A stretch of DNA of 63,440 nt, counting the filler, from Reticulomyxa filosa (lineage: Eukaryota; Protista; Foraminifera): the NCBI GenBank assembly GCA_000512085.1. It is 16 parts of 16 records of this genome, joined end to end, with 100 filler letters (N's around TTAATTAATTAA, not from the genome) between each part and the next. Parts side by side here need not be neighbours in the genome. Positions count along the whole stretch, not along the records: positions 49,824 to 52,490 come from ASPP01020205.1; positions 52,591 to 54,815 come from ASPP01011924.1; positions 54,916 to 60,219 come from ASPP01019701.1; positions 60,320 to 61,340 come from ASPP01038597.1; positions 61,441 to 63,440 come from ASPP01023096.1; 11 more parts are not named here. One strand, 5' to 3'. Positions 49,965 through 63,440 of the stretch are shown here, piece after piece. Each line of letters begins with the position of its first letter. Position 1 is the stretch's first letter. The notes beneath the pieces are model-generated. The model made no database searches, was not told the DNA's origin, and worked only from the letters and a program-made list of their open reading frames with translations. The position numbers were made by a program, and so were the translations under genes.

Positions 49965-51467
49965 TCATTTTTTAACGATTTGAACGACATCTTCATCATC
50001 CAATTTATGATTTTTACCAACTTTTTGTGGATTAAATTTGGCAGAAGTTCCCCACACCCAAGCATAATTAAACTCTTCTGCCAATCTTTTATGTATTTTT
50101 AAACAAAAATCTTCAATTGTGCATTTGTCTTTGGACAAAATAACAGGATCATCCAAATCTGGAATTTGTCCTTTAGGTTTTGTGTACACTCGAATCATTT
50201 TCAATTCTTTCCAAATTTCTTCCAGTAATTCTTGCATATTCCATTCGTCTTTTCCAGAAATTGGAATGACATGTGGAATCTTACTCAACATTGTCAATTC
50301 TTCAATTGATATCTTATCAATCTTACTCAATACATATAAGCAAGGGATATATATTCGATTGCCTTCCAATGCATCGATCAAATCGTCCATTGTTGCATCT
50401 TGGCGTATTGTAACTTCTGCACTGTTATAACGAAACTCTTTGCATAATTTCGTAATCTAAAAAAAAAAATAATAATTATAAATAAATAAATATCATGTAT
50501 ATTTATTTATTTATCTATTTGTAATTATCTCCTTTTTTTTTTTACATAACAAGTTGATCATCCAAATGTGTTTGTTTGACGATTTTGATAATATTGACAG
50601 GGCCTTTTTCTAATTTTTTTATTTTAATTTTGGGTGGCTTTTTATTCAAGCGTATTCCAAAGCCTTCCAGCTCTTCTTCTATAATTTTCTTATGTTGCAA
50701 TGGCTTTGAAGCATCCAACATTATTAGAATCAATCCACACGTTCGTGCCACGCCAATCACTTGACGTCCACGACCACGGCCTTCTGCTGCTCCTTCTATT
50801 ATACCCGGCAAGTCCAGCAATTGGACGTCGCAGCCTTTGTATTGAAAGTTGCCTGGAATGCACGTCAGCGTCGTAAATTCATAATCTGCTGCTTTCGAGT
50901 CCACGCCTTTGTTTCCATGTTTTTATTTCATGTTTTGTTTTATTAGCATTTTTTTCTTCATCTGCGCAAATGCGCGGCAAACAACTAAATTTTTTTTTTT
51001 TTTTTTCCCCTATTTGTTATTTGTTATTTATTAATTGTGAATTATTAAATAAAAAAAATTCACCTGTCAGCTTTTGTAAGAGAGTAGACTTTCCGACAGA
51101 CGGAAATCCAACTAGTCCGACTCTTGCATCTCCAGTGGCACGAACTCCAAACCCATCACCACCACTACTGCCTCCCGGACCACCTCCGGCTGACAAGTCC
51201 AACAATTCTTTTTTGTATTTGGCCAATTTGGCTTTTAACATTCCCAGGTGGCCTTCCGTGGCCTTGTTCTTCTGGGTTCGGGCCATCTGTTCGTTCACGT
51301 ACGCAAGAAAGGGATGCGAGGTTATTCATTAAAAAAAACAAATCCAAAATGTACTGTAGGTCTGAAGACGTTGCAACGACAAGGGAAAAACCACATAGAA
51401 AAAAGCAAAAAAATATTACCTCTTCTTCAATGCCCTTGATTTTTGCTTCTATACTTGAAATGGACAT
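49965..51467 (-). CDS. DRG1: Developmentally regulated GTP-binding protein (DRG, OBG family), 4 exons
   Basis: [49 protein letters not shown], and TGS domain [14 protein letters not shown]...[13 protein letters not shown]1 versus DRG2 assignment is tentative. Confidence 0.93.
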
Positions 51468-51907
51468 TTTTTTGATTTGATCTTATTTGAAAGAATTATT
51501 AATGATTAAAAAAAAAAAAAAACGAAAAGGCAAACCCCAAAGACATTCGCTAATGTTACATTAGTGAGCCTTTTGCTAATATCTTCTTTTTTTATTGGTT
51601 TCATTTAACCAAATCATTAAATTTGCAGACAAAATTGTTTGAAAGCACAACCAGCCTAAAAATTACATAAAAGTGAAAGGGAAAAAAACTGAAAATAAGA
51701 GCTACTATCTTAATGTTTGGTAGAAACATCTTGTCAAAACAAATAAAATAATTTCTCAAATAAAGCAAACTAGTTTGCAAAAAAGCAGACAAAGGAGGGC
51801 AGAAATACAGAAAAACCTATGATGTATGAACAGTTCATCAAACAATAAAAATAAAAATAGAAAAATAAATAAAATAAGTTTATTAAGTATAATTAGCCAA
51901 TAAAGAT

Positions 51908-52348
51908 ATGAAAGATAGTTCAGAAACTGAAATAAGTTTGTTATTTGATTCTTCCGTAAGTAAGCCGGCAAACACAAACAAATCCCTTCCAAGTAAGTCG
52001 GCGAACCCAAAGATGTCAAGTTGTCGAACTCTGGGATTTAATTCAGTTTGGATGGATTTGATTGATTTTCTGTGTGTTGTGTTTGCAAGTGGGAAACGTT
52101 TAACACATACAAAAATTCGATGCCTGATGTGTGTGTGTGTGTATGTGTGTGGGAAATGGGGGCAAAAAAAAAAACAAAGGATGGAGAATACGATTCAGGG
52201 ATGCGAGGGCGAGAAGAAAGTAAAGAAGTAGAGACGAATCACATAAGAACATCAAAATACACCCTGTGGACATTTTTACCATTGAACTTATATGAGCAAG
52301 TGATTCGTCCAGCCAACTTTTACTTTTGTTGCATCGCCGTGCTACAAG
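51908..52348 (+). CDS. P4-type phospholipid flippase ATPase, N-terminal exons (partial)
   Basis: [37 protein letters not shown] is the PhoLip_ATPase_N signature. Confidence 0.85.
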
Positions 52349-52590
52349 TTTGACCCAATTGCAAACAAACAAACAAACAAAAAAAAAAAGTGATTTGAGT
52401 CTGAGAGGGAAGGAGGAGGAGGAGAAAGAGTTGAGTGGGCAAGAAGATAATAACAATAACAATAATAATAATAATAATAATAATAATAATNNNNNNNNNN
52501 NNNNNNNNNNNNNNNNNNNNNNNNNNNNNNNNNNTTAATTAATTAANNNNNNNNNNNNNNNNNNNNNNNNNNNNNNNNNNNNNNNNNNNN

Positions 52591-54165
52591 GTTGGTGCCT
52601 TGAAATTTTGCAAGCAAAAGGCTATGGAATATTTCAAACAAAACCATATTATTGTCAATGAAAACAAAATTCAATGGGTGATTACAGTTCCAGCAATTTG
52701 GAGTGAGGAAGCTAAAGAATTGATGAAACAATGGGCACGACAAGCTGAGATATGGAGTCCCTCTATCTCTAATCAATTACTTATTGTACTTGAACCCGAA
52801 TGTGCAAGCATGTGTATAATGCTTGAAATGAAAGAGAATCCAAATATTGTTCAATTCAAAACAGGAGATTGCTATATAATGATGGACTTGGGAGCAGGGA
52901 CTGCTGATATGGTATGTCATGAAATCATAGGGCCATTTGAAGTAAGGGAAATTATCTCTTCATTTGGAGGGCCTTGGGGAAGTTCTTACATTGATAAAGA
53001 TATCGAAATTATATTTGATGAAATATTTCAAACAAAATCTGGCGAAAAGAAAATGATGGAATTCCAAGCAACACATCCAACACATTATTTAAAATTGTTG
53101 GAAAATATTGAAAACGGTAAACAACGATTCTTCAATAATAAAAAGATAATAGGAACCCATAGAATTGAAATTCCATGTGAATTTAATCAATTTATGCAAG
53201 ATAACATCTCTAGCAATTTGGAAGAATTGGTTTCTAATTTTAAATATCTTGGAGAATCTGGGTTAGTTTTTATTTATTTTATTTTATCATTACTTATATA
53301 GTTTAAAAATTATAGACATTCATACGATGGTGCAGATTTATTACTTTCTTGCAAATTGTGGATGAAGTTGTTTGATTTAAGAATTGATCCGATAATTAAA
53401 AAAATGGATGAAATATTAAAAAAAAATGAAAAAATATTGAGCGGGAAATTGAAATATATATGTTTGGTGGGTGGATTTAGTCAATCTCCTTATTTACAAC
53501 ACCGACTCAAACAATATTATGAACACAAGTATACATTTGTAATGTACAAACGACCTGTTTTTTCAGTAGTGCAAGGAGCTGCTCAATTGGCAAGAATTCC
53601 TTCTTTTATCAAGTCCAGAATTGTTAAATACACTTATGGGACTTCTTCTGGTCGGCCAATAGAAAAAGCTCGATCTCATCCAAAAATCAGTGAAGATCAT
53701 ATCAACAAACACAAATATATTAATAATATTAAAAATAAAGTGTACATTGCTGGTTGTTTCCGTGTATTTGTGAATAAAGATAAAGAAGTGAAAGTAGGAC
53801 AAGTTTAAAATTGTCGTATCTGTTATGTTTTGAATATCAAATATCGATATTAATTTGTTTCATCTTTATAGATGGTTGAACACAGGTACTCCAAAAGAAG
53901 TAAAGAGAGAAAAAATATGAATGTCATAATCTACCGTAGTGAGGAAGAAGATCCAGGAGTGATTACTGGATGCAAATATTTAGGACGTATCGAAATCCCA
54001 TATCCAGAAGATTTTGATGATGTGAAGGATAGCTTTTGTGTTCGTTTTTATTTTGGTGAAACAATGATTCGAGTGACAATAACAATGAAAGGAAAAGAGT
54101 ATGTTGAACATGAAGTACAAATTAAGTATGATTTTGGTGTTCAACACTTGGATGCAATTGGTTAA
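52591..54165 (+). CDS. HSPA12-like atypical Hsp70 protein, 5' partial, 3 visible exons
   Basis: QWVITVPAIW, LEPECAS, MDLGAGTAD, GGPWGSSYID, LVGGFSQSPYL, VVQGAA and FYFGETMI. Confidence 0.9.
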
Positions 54166-54915
54166 TATTATTTTTGTAATAATTCAAATATAGAAAAATA
54201 TTTATGCATTTTTCATTCAACTTTCTAATATTTGCGTCCTTTGGGCAATTGCTTTTCATTAAAATTTGGCATTTTATTACATAGATAATGTCAGAGACCA
54301 AAGTGGAAAAAACAGATATATTTTTTTGAACCCACAAAATTGAAATACTTCCAAACAATATTGTTGTAAAGATAACATCATTCGGTTGTAGGACATGAAA
54401 CAGGAACTAGAAGGATATTCTGAGGAAGTAAAACTAAATATGAATAAAATTTAAAGCTATCAACTATTAAAAATAAATATCTGCAAGAAAGTGTAAATAA
54501 TTTGAAGATTCTTAATAATCAATTTTTATTTGTTAATCTAAAAAGAAAGGTACAGCATATTGCAATTGCGACAAGACTATCACAATTTCAATCCTTTTTA
54601 CTTCATTCTGCCTTGAGTGTTCGATACTATGCAAAAACAATAGTAAATAGACATAAAAAACAATCTAAAAAAATTTTAAAAAATTAGTAGTGATTTGTAA
54701 TGAAGAAAACAACACTTGAAATATCTCGTAATTTATGTGCTATTTGAATAAATTTTCATTTATGAGCAATAACAAATTCAAATCATATGTAATATTCTTT
54801 GTCTTATCTTTCTTTNNNNNNNNNNNNNNNNNNNNNNNNNNNNNNNNNNNNNNNNNNNNTTAATTAATTAANNNNNNNNNNNNNNNNNNNNNNNNNNNNN
54901 NNNNNNNNNNNNNNN

Positions 54916-56967
54916 AGCGTTTCTTTGATTCCATCCTCTTAGCGGATACATCTTCGTCATTGCCGTCGCAAACTACACACGCTCAAATGGATGAAACCAT
55001 CAAACAGAAAGTGGAAAAAGAGTTATTGCGAATATGTGCAGTGGATAAACTGTAGAAGTGAAAAGACAAAGACAAAAAGAATAAAGGCAATGATCAAGAT
55101 GGAGACAAGCCTATGGCAAATGCAGAGCAAAAAAAAGAAGATAATAATAAATGAAGATGAAAAAGAAGAAATACAAACTGTTTTTATAGCAATTGTACAA
55201 AATGATAGAACAGTTGAAGCCGCAGGTGACAGATGATAATAATATGTTGTATTGTGCGTGCATTCGCGTGCTATCGCAAATGGAAAAGTGGAACGTGTCG
55301 ACACAAGAGATCACCGACAAGAGCAAGGCACTGTTAATCAATCAAATCCTGCCCGCATTCGAAACGAAGAGCACCACTGCCAAAATCAATCCAAACGTGC
55401 TTGTCAAACTGAGTAATTCTTTGGATGGATCTTATTCAAATCCTTTGGAAGAGTATTCATAATAATAATAATAATAATAATAATAATATATTTGAATTAG
55501 AAATGTTTGACCCAATAAAAATAATGTTGCAACCAAAGTATGAAAAGTATTGGTGGAATGTATTTGTATTATGCAAGCAGGCATTTGAAATAGTAAAGAG
55601 CGAAGGGTTTGACGCGGTGAAACATATTGTGATTGAGCTGTGCGAGTTGCGATGTGTGCAGCAGAGCAATGCCGTATGGACACACGCGTTGGAGGAAGCC
55701 ATTGGGTCGGCCATTCGATGGTGCGGAGCACCGGCAGTATTGTCATGTTTTCCATTGAACTTGCCCAATCCGGAACGATTGGGCGAGTTAGATTTGAACG
55801 CGCAGATCAAACAATGTCGCTTGTGGATGCTCGATCTGATGCGACGCTATGTGTGCAACACGCAGTTGGCATATTTCGGATCGCACTTGCTGCCTCAAGC
55901 CGATGTGTTCCTAAAGTGTTCCGAAACGTTCCGGAACAATGAACAATCCACCCATTCCAAGTTCTTCCTCAACTTGGCGCATTTCGTTTGGAGGACATTC
56001 CCTTCCTTCTTGCATTCGACCTGTCGATTTTGCACATTCCTTCCCGGCCATTGCCGATCGAATTGTCCAATACTTGATCCATATCCCTATGCTTCGTCGC
56101 TACCTTCTCAATGGCTTAATGCATTTGGCCGAGTTTTGTCTCGATAACAACAACAGCAATGGCAATGAAAATAATAATAATAATAATAATAATGCCATAT
56201 TGGCAGAATGGTCCAAGTCATTTTTCCCAATACTGTTTAATCTGATTGTTCTTAGCGATCATGTCGATCGTAAGTATATAATGCAATTGGTGCAACTGTT
56301 TGCGGAAATGAATGACTGTGAGTATATCAACACCTTATTCAAAAAGACCCTCGTTAAGTATTTGAAAGAAGTCAAAGGCGGTGATAATGACAATACACTC
56401 CCTAAAGTCGATAATCGAATCGCCTATCTTGTCATCATCGAAGGACTGTCTTCACATTGTGATCATCACATCTATCCGCAATACTCGCAATTTATTTGTG
56501 CTGAATTGATTCAATCTTTGAATGATCCCTTGTCATCATCATCATCATCATCATCATCGCCATCGAAAAGTAATAAAGATAAAGGTCTATTCCGAAAGTT
56601 GTTATACGACAACTTGAATGGGATAATAAAGCAAAGGGCGTTGAACGAGATTCGCGACGACTTTGTAACCTGGTTTTGTGCGTCGGAGTTGAGACAGGAC
56701 ATATCTTCCACGACGCCCGGGACGATTCAATGCGCACGCTTCGCATGCATGGAAAGCCTGTTGGAAAAGCTCGAATCCGACGTCTTTGCGCGCACATACC
56801 CTTCTGTCATTAGTCAAATCCTGTTGGGCGTCTCTCTGTCCAATTGCAGAATACGAAGATCCGCTCTTCGCGTTCTCGCCGCAATCGCGTCCAGACTCGA
56901 AGATCTGTCCGCCGATCAATTTTGTCTATTTTTTACTCAAATTATGACCATTGCCTTTTCTACTCAA

Positions 56968-57007
<40 letters not shown>

Positions 57008-58086
57008 CAACAATTCATATACAATGTGGTGCGGTGGTATGTGTTGGATATTTATTGGAACAATTTGAAATGAGGATTCCATCGACGGTGCTGTCGACAT
57101 TGTTTGAGTATTTGTCGACTGTCCACCAGACTGACAACTCGCAACTGACGACACACTATCTCACGTTTTTCAAAGCATTGATCACATGCATACCCACAGA
57201 TGTGCTGCAGACTCGTTTGCCGGACATTATCAAGCCTTTGGTCGCGTGGGGCACGCACATACATAAGAAATATCGCAGGGGTGTCTCCATCAACTTTGAC
57301 AAGCTTTTGAAGCGCTTTCCTTTCTCTGTCCTTAGTCCTCTTATCCCCTCGCAATACATCTCCTTGCATCGCTACTTGAAAAAAAGGGCTCTTTTAGCCG
57401 TCCGGCAAAAAACCTCCAAAAAGGAAAAACGAAAGGCCAAACGCACCTCGGCGCTCGATCGCACACAAGCACGTGCCAATGCTAGTAATGATGTTGATGA
57501 TGATGATGATGATGATGAAGGCAACGATGGAATAGAAGGGGATAGTGACATTGGTGGTCATACTGAGTTTGAAAAGTTAACCATTGGCACACGTCGTACG
57601 AATCGATCGCAAGTATCACAGTTATTGAAAGTCGATAGCTCTGACCATATCATGGACTTAATGTCCGAAAAGTCCGTTCAATCCAAGTTGCGCTCGGTTC
57701 ACGCTAAAAGTATGGCTGCTCCTACGTCCACTTCCATTTCTGAACAATCCAACAAAAAAATGAGAATTGAAGGTCTTCGTGTCAAGTTGACTCATGACAC
57801 GTGGGCGCCTGGAGAGTTACAACCTTATGCTTATCATATTGTATCCCCTGCTTTGCTCAATCGCAAAAAGCAACATCTGAAATCGCAAACCTTTGCCAAT
57901 GTCATGAACAAACAAGATGAACAACAACAGGTCAATGTGTCTGTGTCAAAGGGACGAAAGATCATGCGTGGTCGTCGCACTTTGAAACGTGCACAAGTCA
58001 AAGCAAAACACAAACATCTCAGTCAAGCTACTCCTACTCCTCTTGCAACTGCCAAACCAAAAAAGAGAAAACGCAGGGACATGTAA
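54916..58086 (+). CDS. RRP12: RRP12-like ribosome biogenesis protein (NUC173, HEAT/ARM), 5' partial; frameshift at ~56011
   Basis: EEAIGSAIRWCGAPAVLSCFPLNL, RLWML.L.R.YVCNTQLAYF...LLP and VWRTFPSFC.RP.D (NUC173); C-terminal PYAY...P.LLNRKK. Confidence 0.82.
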
Positions 58087-58385
58087 TTTCATCTGTCCTC
58101 CCTTATCATATGGTTGTATCTTTTTTTGCTTTGTTTATTCTAGTCCTTTTTTTGAAGTTTATATCTTGATGTTATTCGTTTTTAAGTCAATTTATTTGTC
58201 CAAATTATTTGAAATTAATTTGTAATCTTGTGCACACATACTTCTCAACTGTCAAAAAAAATAGACGGGAGGGGTGCACAGTTTAACTTTTTTTTTTTTT
58301 TTGAAGATCAGAGAGAAAGAAGGGGGGGAAGAATTACATTATCAATTTGGACTAGTAATTTTTCCCCTGAAGTCTAAAACGAAAG

Positions 58386-59470
58386 ATGTTCGTTTCAACT
58401 AAGGTCAAATCCGCAGGTGTAGATCGTTTTTCCACAAACATTCAGTCGAAAGCTGGTCAAAGCAAGAGCCGACGACCAGCAGCAAGACGAGCGAAAACAA
58501 CAAAAGCGACAAGAATGAAGAGAGCAAAAGAGCGAATGTCAATGGACGGCACGAAGCAAATAAGCAAAGTATCTGCAAAGCCGATCGCATCACGTACAGC
58601 ACGCTCGCAATCGATTCACTTCGGAGCGATCGCACTGCCACTATCCATATCAAAAGAAGCATCCTCCGACGCAGCTGCGATCGAAGAAGAGGAAGAAGAA
58701 GAAGAAGAAGAGAAAAAGAAATATCAAGTCTAAGCGAAGACGACGATGACGATGACGAAAGTAATAACAGTGACTACAAAAAAATGAAACGGGTTGAAAG
58801 TGCATCGCACTTGTCAACATATCATATCTGTACATTATCACACTGTAGTGACCCTCGATGCAAGGCAGTGTCGCGAGAGTGGCAACAACAAAACAAAACG
58901 CGTAAGCAAGACATAGGGATGAGCACAATAGCAAGCAAAACAGAAAAAGAAAAAGGAAAAAAGCATGATTCGAAAGAGACCGACGATGTGTCGATAAAAG
59001 AAATCGTGGAAAATTACGGGAACCATTCGCAGTCGCAATTGCAAAGCGACAGTCAATCGATTCTGAGCAATGTGAGTCCGGCCACACAGGCCGTGCACTT
59101 GGAGTTTCAGAGCTTGTCTTTCGAAATGGAAAAGGTGCAAATCATGAATGACAACAATGACATTGACATGTTGGACGAGGAAATCCCTTTGGAAAACTTC
59201 ATTGTTGCTTTGCAAGAAGGCAATATTCGCATCATGACGGAACAAGACAAACAGATCGAATACTCCACTGGCGTCAAAATCGCTAGGCATCATTCCATGG
59301 GAGATCGCAGGCTACTTGAGACATTTACCAAAGCTCGACAATTATGTGGCATCTCTGAAACCAATGAACGCAACGCTTCCTCACGTCATGAGTCCACTTT
59401 TAGTCATACTTCCAATAGCTCCTCCAGTGCTTGGTCTCATCACGACTCGGATGATGATGATCTCGCTTGA
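58386..59470 (+). CDS. Hypothetical charged protein, probably one gene split by a frameshift or intron
   Basis: Two adjacent + ORFs with coding-like composition; no family recognised. Confidence 0.45.
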
Positions 59471-60319
59471 TCGTATATGTGCCCTTTTGTCATGCTTTAC
59501 AAACGGGCTGCTTATCTCTTCTTACACACATTTTTTTAATCCTCGGCTGTTTTTTTTTTATCTACTTTTGTCATTTTTCTTCATTTATGGTGATAGTTTT
59601 GTTTTGTTGCTAATTTTTTCTTTTTTTTTTAATAGTCTGTTTTGAAAAATAAGGTTAGTTTTTTTTTTAGTTTGATGCAAGTGTTTAAAAAAAAAGCATA
59701 CAATATGCTTTCTTATTTGTTGGCTTTTTTTTTTTGGACAAGGTGTTGCTTTTTTTCCCTAAAATATGGTAATATAAACCGTTTCGGACCTCAAATTTTC
59801 ATTTGCTTGATCAACCTTTCAAAATACGTTAAAAAAATCAAAAACGTATCTGAACTTGTGGTACTAATAACTATATACTTCCAAGGATACAATAGATCCA
59901 TCTTCTTTGTTTAATACAGCAACACAATCCGACTTTTTTTTAATTGTTAGATAATTATCATGTATCTACATTCTTTATTATTGGAAGATGCAATGTTATA
60001 AATAAAACTCGTCTTCAATAAATAACTTCTAAAAAAAATCAAGTAATGCATGGTTAAAATCGTTTTCATAAAACTGTGTTGATGTCAAGTGATTCTTTTG
60101 CAAAATGGTACCAGAATCATACTTCAACGAAGGTTATTAGCAAAAAAAATAGAAGTACAACATGCTAGAAATTTGGGGAGACAATATTTTGAAATGACTC
60201 AACTAAATCTCTTTTTCTTNNNNNNNNNNNNNNNNNNNNNNNNNNNNNNNNNNNNNNNNNNNNTTAATTAATTAANNNNNNNNNNNNNNNNNNNNNNNNN
60301 NNNNNNNNNNNNNNNNNNN

Positions 60320-61340
60320 TTATAGAGATGACTGTGTTTCTAAATGAAAAAACAACATTTAATTAAAATTTTTTTGTTAAAATATCTACAAATCGTGTAG
60401 TTTTTAAATATCATTTTGGTTTTTTAATAAGTCTTTACAATTTTTTCAAAAATTTTAATCTTTCATTTGATTTGGTAAAATTTCTTAAAAAAAGTTGACA
60501 ATCGTGTTTTTCTCGTAGTCATGAAATTTTACAATCTTTTTTTAAACAATTTTTGAGATTTACCTTTTTTTTTTAGATGTTCGATATTGATTGTCATTTT
60601 GATTATTTTGTTGATGAAATATTGATTGACAATTATTATATTGAAGTTCCATGACAAGAAGAACAAAATTTGTTGGTGGAAGCATTTTAGTCTGGTCATA
60701 TTTTGGAGCATTATGAATAAGTTACGCTTGCAAGGTGGAAGGTTGAGTAAATGCTTATATAAAAAAAGTTTTATCTGACTAAATCTAAAGATTGTCAATT
60801 TCTGCTTAGAAAATAAAGAAAATTGGATTTTCAGCAAGATAATGCAACATGCCATAAATCGGAAAAAATTATAAAATAGTTAAAACAAAAAAAAATGAAA
60901 ACAATAAATTTACTGTAAATTCACCTGATTTAATCCAATTGAAAATCTTTGTTGGATAGTAAAGACAATGATTCACAATGCAGAAATTTAGAACCAATTC
61001 GAAACAGAATGGGAAAAAATAATAACAAATATTTGTGAAAACTTAATAAAATCGATTACAAAGAGAATACAGTCAGTTAAAAAAGCCAAAGAAAATATAC
61101 ACGTTGGTAAACTTGAATTAAATTTTAAAAAAACAAATCTTATCATACTCAGACAACCACAAAAAATTTTTTTAAAGTAAATGAAAGATTAAAATTTTTG
61201 AAAAAATTGAAAAGACTTAATAAAAAACCAAAATGATATTTAAAAACTACACTATTCGTAGATATTTAAAAAAAAATTTTGATTAAATGTTGTTTTTTCA
61301 TTGAGAAACACAATCATTTCCATAAGGTGGCATTTTAGGT
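60320..61340 (+). mobile_element. Internally deleted Tc1/mariner (Tc1-type DDE) transposon with long TIRs
   Basis: ~60320-60505 is the inverted complement of ~61145-61325. Internal remnants KFVGGSILVW, WIFQQDNATCH and NSPDL.PIENL, with stops and frameshifts. Confidence 0.88.
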
Positions 61341-61699
61341 NNNNNNNNNNNNNNNNNNNNNNNNNNNNNNNNNNNNNNNNNNNNTTAATTAATTAANNNN
61401 NNNNNNNNNNNNNNNNNNNNNNNNNNNNNNNNNNNNNNNNAAAGGGTAGAAAGTGGGAAAGTAGAAAATTTTTTTTAAGAAAATTAATAATAATAATTTA
61501 AAAAGAAATGGAAAAAAAAATGTTGCAAAATGTAAAAGAAAAATAAAATAAAAAAAGATTGTGATGAGAAAAAATTAAAAAAAAAAAAAGAGTAAAAACA
61601 AAGAGAAAAAAGAATAAAAAAAAAAAAAAATCAACATTTGATATCGCAACGGCGACATCGACACTGTAGATAGTTATACATATTTTGTTTGTTTAAAAA

Positions 61700-63440
61700 A
61701 TTGTTTGGCTCTTCAAGTATACAAGTGGTTGCTTTGCTTGCTTTCAATAATAGATTGATTTTATGTACTTAGAACAGCAGCCGATGAGATGAGACCAATC
61801 GATATTCAAACTTATCGTATACCTGCGCGTAATCGCAACTTTGGATATTTGGTCGTGTGCGATATTGTGAGCGCGAGCAAATCTCTGGCAATCGGATCTT
61901 GGTGTCTATCAGTTTGCAAGCAAGTTTGATGAGAAGAAAAAAGAATGTGTGGTGGTATCAAGTAAAGTGAAAATGATATCAAAATTATGTTGTCGTAACA
62001 GCAGCGGCGATTGATTGGAGGATAAAATGAACTCTTGGCGTGGCAAAGCAGCAAAGATTGTGTCGAAATTCGATAACCAGCGTCAAAGACAACGGAAGCT
62101 TGGCCGTTATAGAAATGACCCCAATTTTCTTAACCGAAATCGTGCGAAAACTGCTCATCTGCGTACGCACAATCGCAATTATGATTTTCCATTGTGAGCT
62201 CGCGAACGACGTTGAACATTATTGATTGGTGAAGAAAGATATAGAGTTAGTTGCATTTTCCGGTTCAATTGCCACAAGAGTTTTGTGCCTTGAGTTTGTC
62301 GAGCAAGCGTGTATTATCTTTGCTTAGCTGCTTCTGGGATCGCTTGAAGTACGAGTGACGTGTTGGGTGGCCTAAGAACGTAAGAAGTGGAAGACGATGA
62401 CGAAAAGAATTTGAGTGTTATCAAAAAATACGCGACATTGAGATCGGGCAAACCACTGCGTCAGTAAAATCATCACATGTAATAGTTTTGCAAAACTGGC
62501 GGCGTGTTCGATTGTAATCAAGAAAACAATAAAGAAAACAACAGTGAATGCGTCAATAATAATTAAGAAAATACAAATGTCGCTCTCAATCATCGTATCC
62601 TCAATAGAAAAATTATTAAATGGACCCATAATCACGTATGCGAGAATTTCCAACATCAACTATTTTCCAAGGTCAATGTATGCTCTTATCATAAGGTCGA
62701 CGATAACGAATGAATTTGGCGTTTAGAAAATATCCAAAGTCGAAGATAAAATCCTGCTGTTACGTCGCGACATTGGTATTATTCTTTTCGTTGAAACCAT
62801 CGAAGCAGCTAGTTGTGTTTTGTGTTATTTCTTGTTTATAATAATAAACAAACAAATAAATATATGTACATGTTTATACGTTATTTTATTATTTATAATT
62901 AACGACTAGATTCTTATGATGCAATTCAATGAAGACCTGCGCAAAAAAAGACATCGACACGAAATTGAAGGCTTGAAAGCAGACACAGTTGAAACGGACC
63001 GTGGACACAATACCATTGATCAATCCTTGATGCTCTTTCGGACTGCACTGTTGTCAGTCGAACTCGGGCAGCGAATGGTTGTAATGTCGAAGCGTGAGCG
63101 AGTTATGATATATCAGCACTTCAAATTGAAACGCATTGTTCTTTCCACTTCACCGCTTTACCTCTCCGATCCATACGTCGACCTCGATTGCATGTATTTC
63201 CCCTTCGCCCACCATTCAATGTATTTTATGTATCAATAACATCCACTCGATCTCCAAAATACAGTACTGAAACGTCGTCTTCGTCGATTGGTGTTTCGAT
63301 TTCCATATTCCCGCAATAAGTATACCGCCGTCCAGGTCTTTTTTTTAAAAAAACAAAGTAACATAAATATTGCATTTCTGTTTTATTCATTTGCCCTCAT
63401 CTCCTTTCTATCTCAACAGCAATCGATAAACAATAACAAA
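61700..63440 (-). pseudogene. Decayed member of an unknown multicopy family, paralogous to 15430-17880
   Basis: Shared exon start and intron (tataccgccgtccaggtc...) and a gaaacggaYcgtg anchor at ~17150 and ~62991. Confidence 0.45.

Noticed and set aside
14086-61440. Regularly recurring TTAATTAATTAA motif resembling a repeat array, and ORFs ending in XXXLIN
   Set aside because: Artificial N-padded contig joiners. Not biological, and they invalidate any synteny across them.
1-63440. tRNA, rRNA or CRISPR arrays
   Set aside because: None recognised by eye; a tRNAscan-SE/Infernal run would be needed to exclude small RNAs.

Overview
This window is not one locus. It is 16 short draft-assembly contigs joined by 15 identical 100-bp artificial linkers (N44-TTAATTAATTAA-N44), so gene adjacency only means something within a contig. 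Fifteen contigs come from an AT-rich, intron-containing protist. The WD40, kelch, caspase-like and HSPA12 family styles, (AAT)n poly-Asn tracts and GTT/GTA...AG introns strongly suggest the foraminiferan Reticulomyxa filosa (inference, no search run). One contig (26240-27280) is GC-rich bacterial DNA carrying gatA-gatB. Recognisable genes are a head-to-head CNNM/DUF21-CBS paralog pair, tepsin, a tandem RyR-repeat protein, TTC12, two WD40 genes, a desaturase-like tail, an NPC1/Patched-like protein, an alpha-kinase, a caspase-like protease, a kelch-like protein, a DRG GTPase, the start of a P4-ATPase, an HSPA12-like protein and RRP12. Mobile and decayed DNA includes scrambled LINE fragments, a Tc1/mariner family seen in three contigs, an LTR-type Gag-protease ORF, an Hsp60 pseudogene and several decayed paralogs. 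The most interesting candidates are: (1) an NPC1/Patched-type protein with HRM and PAN-like modules in its lumenal loop; (2) a Gag-protease element that reaches a PPT and probable 3' LTR without RT or integrase; (3) a caspase-like protease with a PB1-like prodomain; (4) a CaaX-tailed alpha-kinase; (5) a protein ending in a RyR repeat pair. All domain calls are by-eye motif recognition, exon boundaries are approximate, and many single-base frameshifts lie in homopolymers and are probably sequencing errors.
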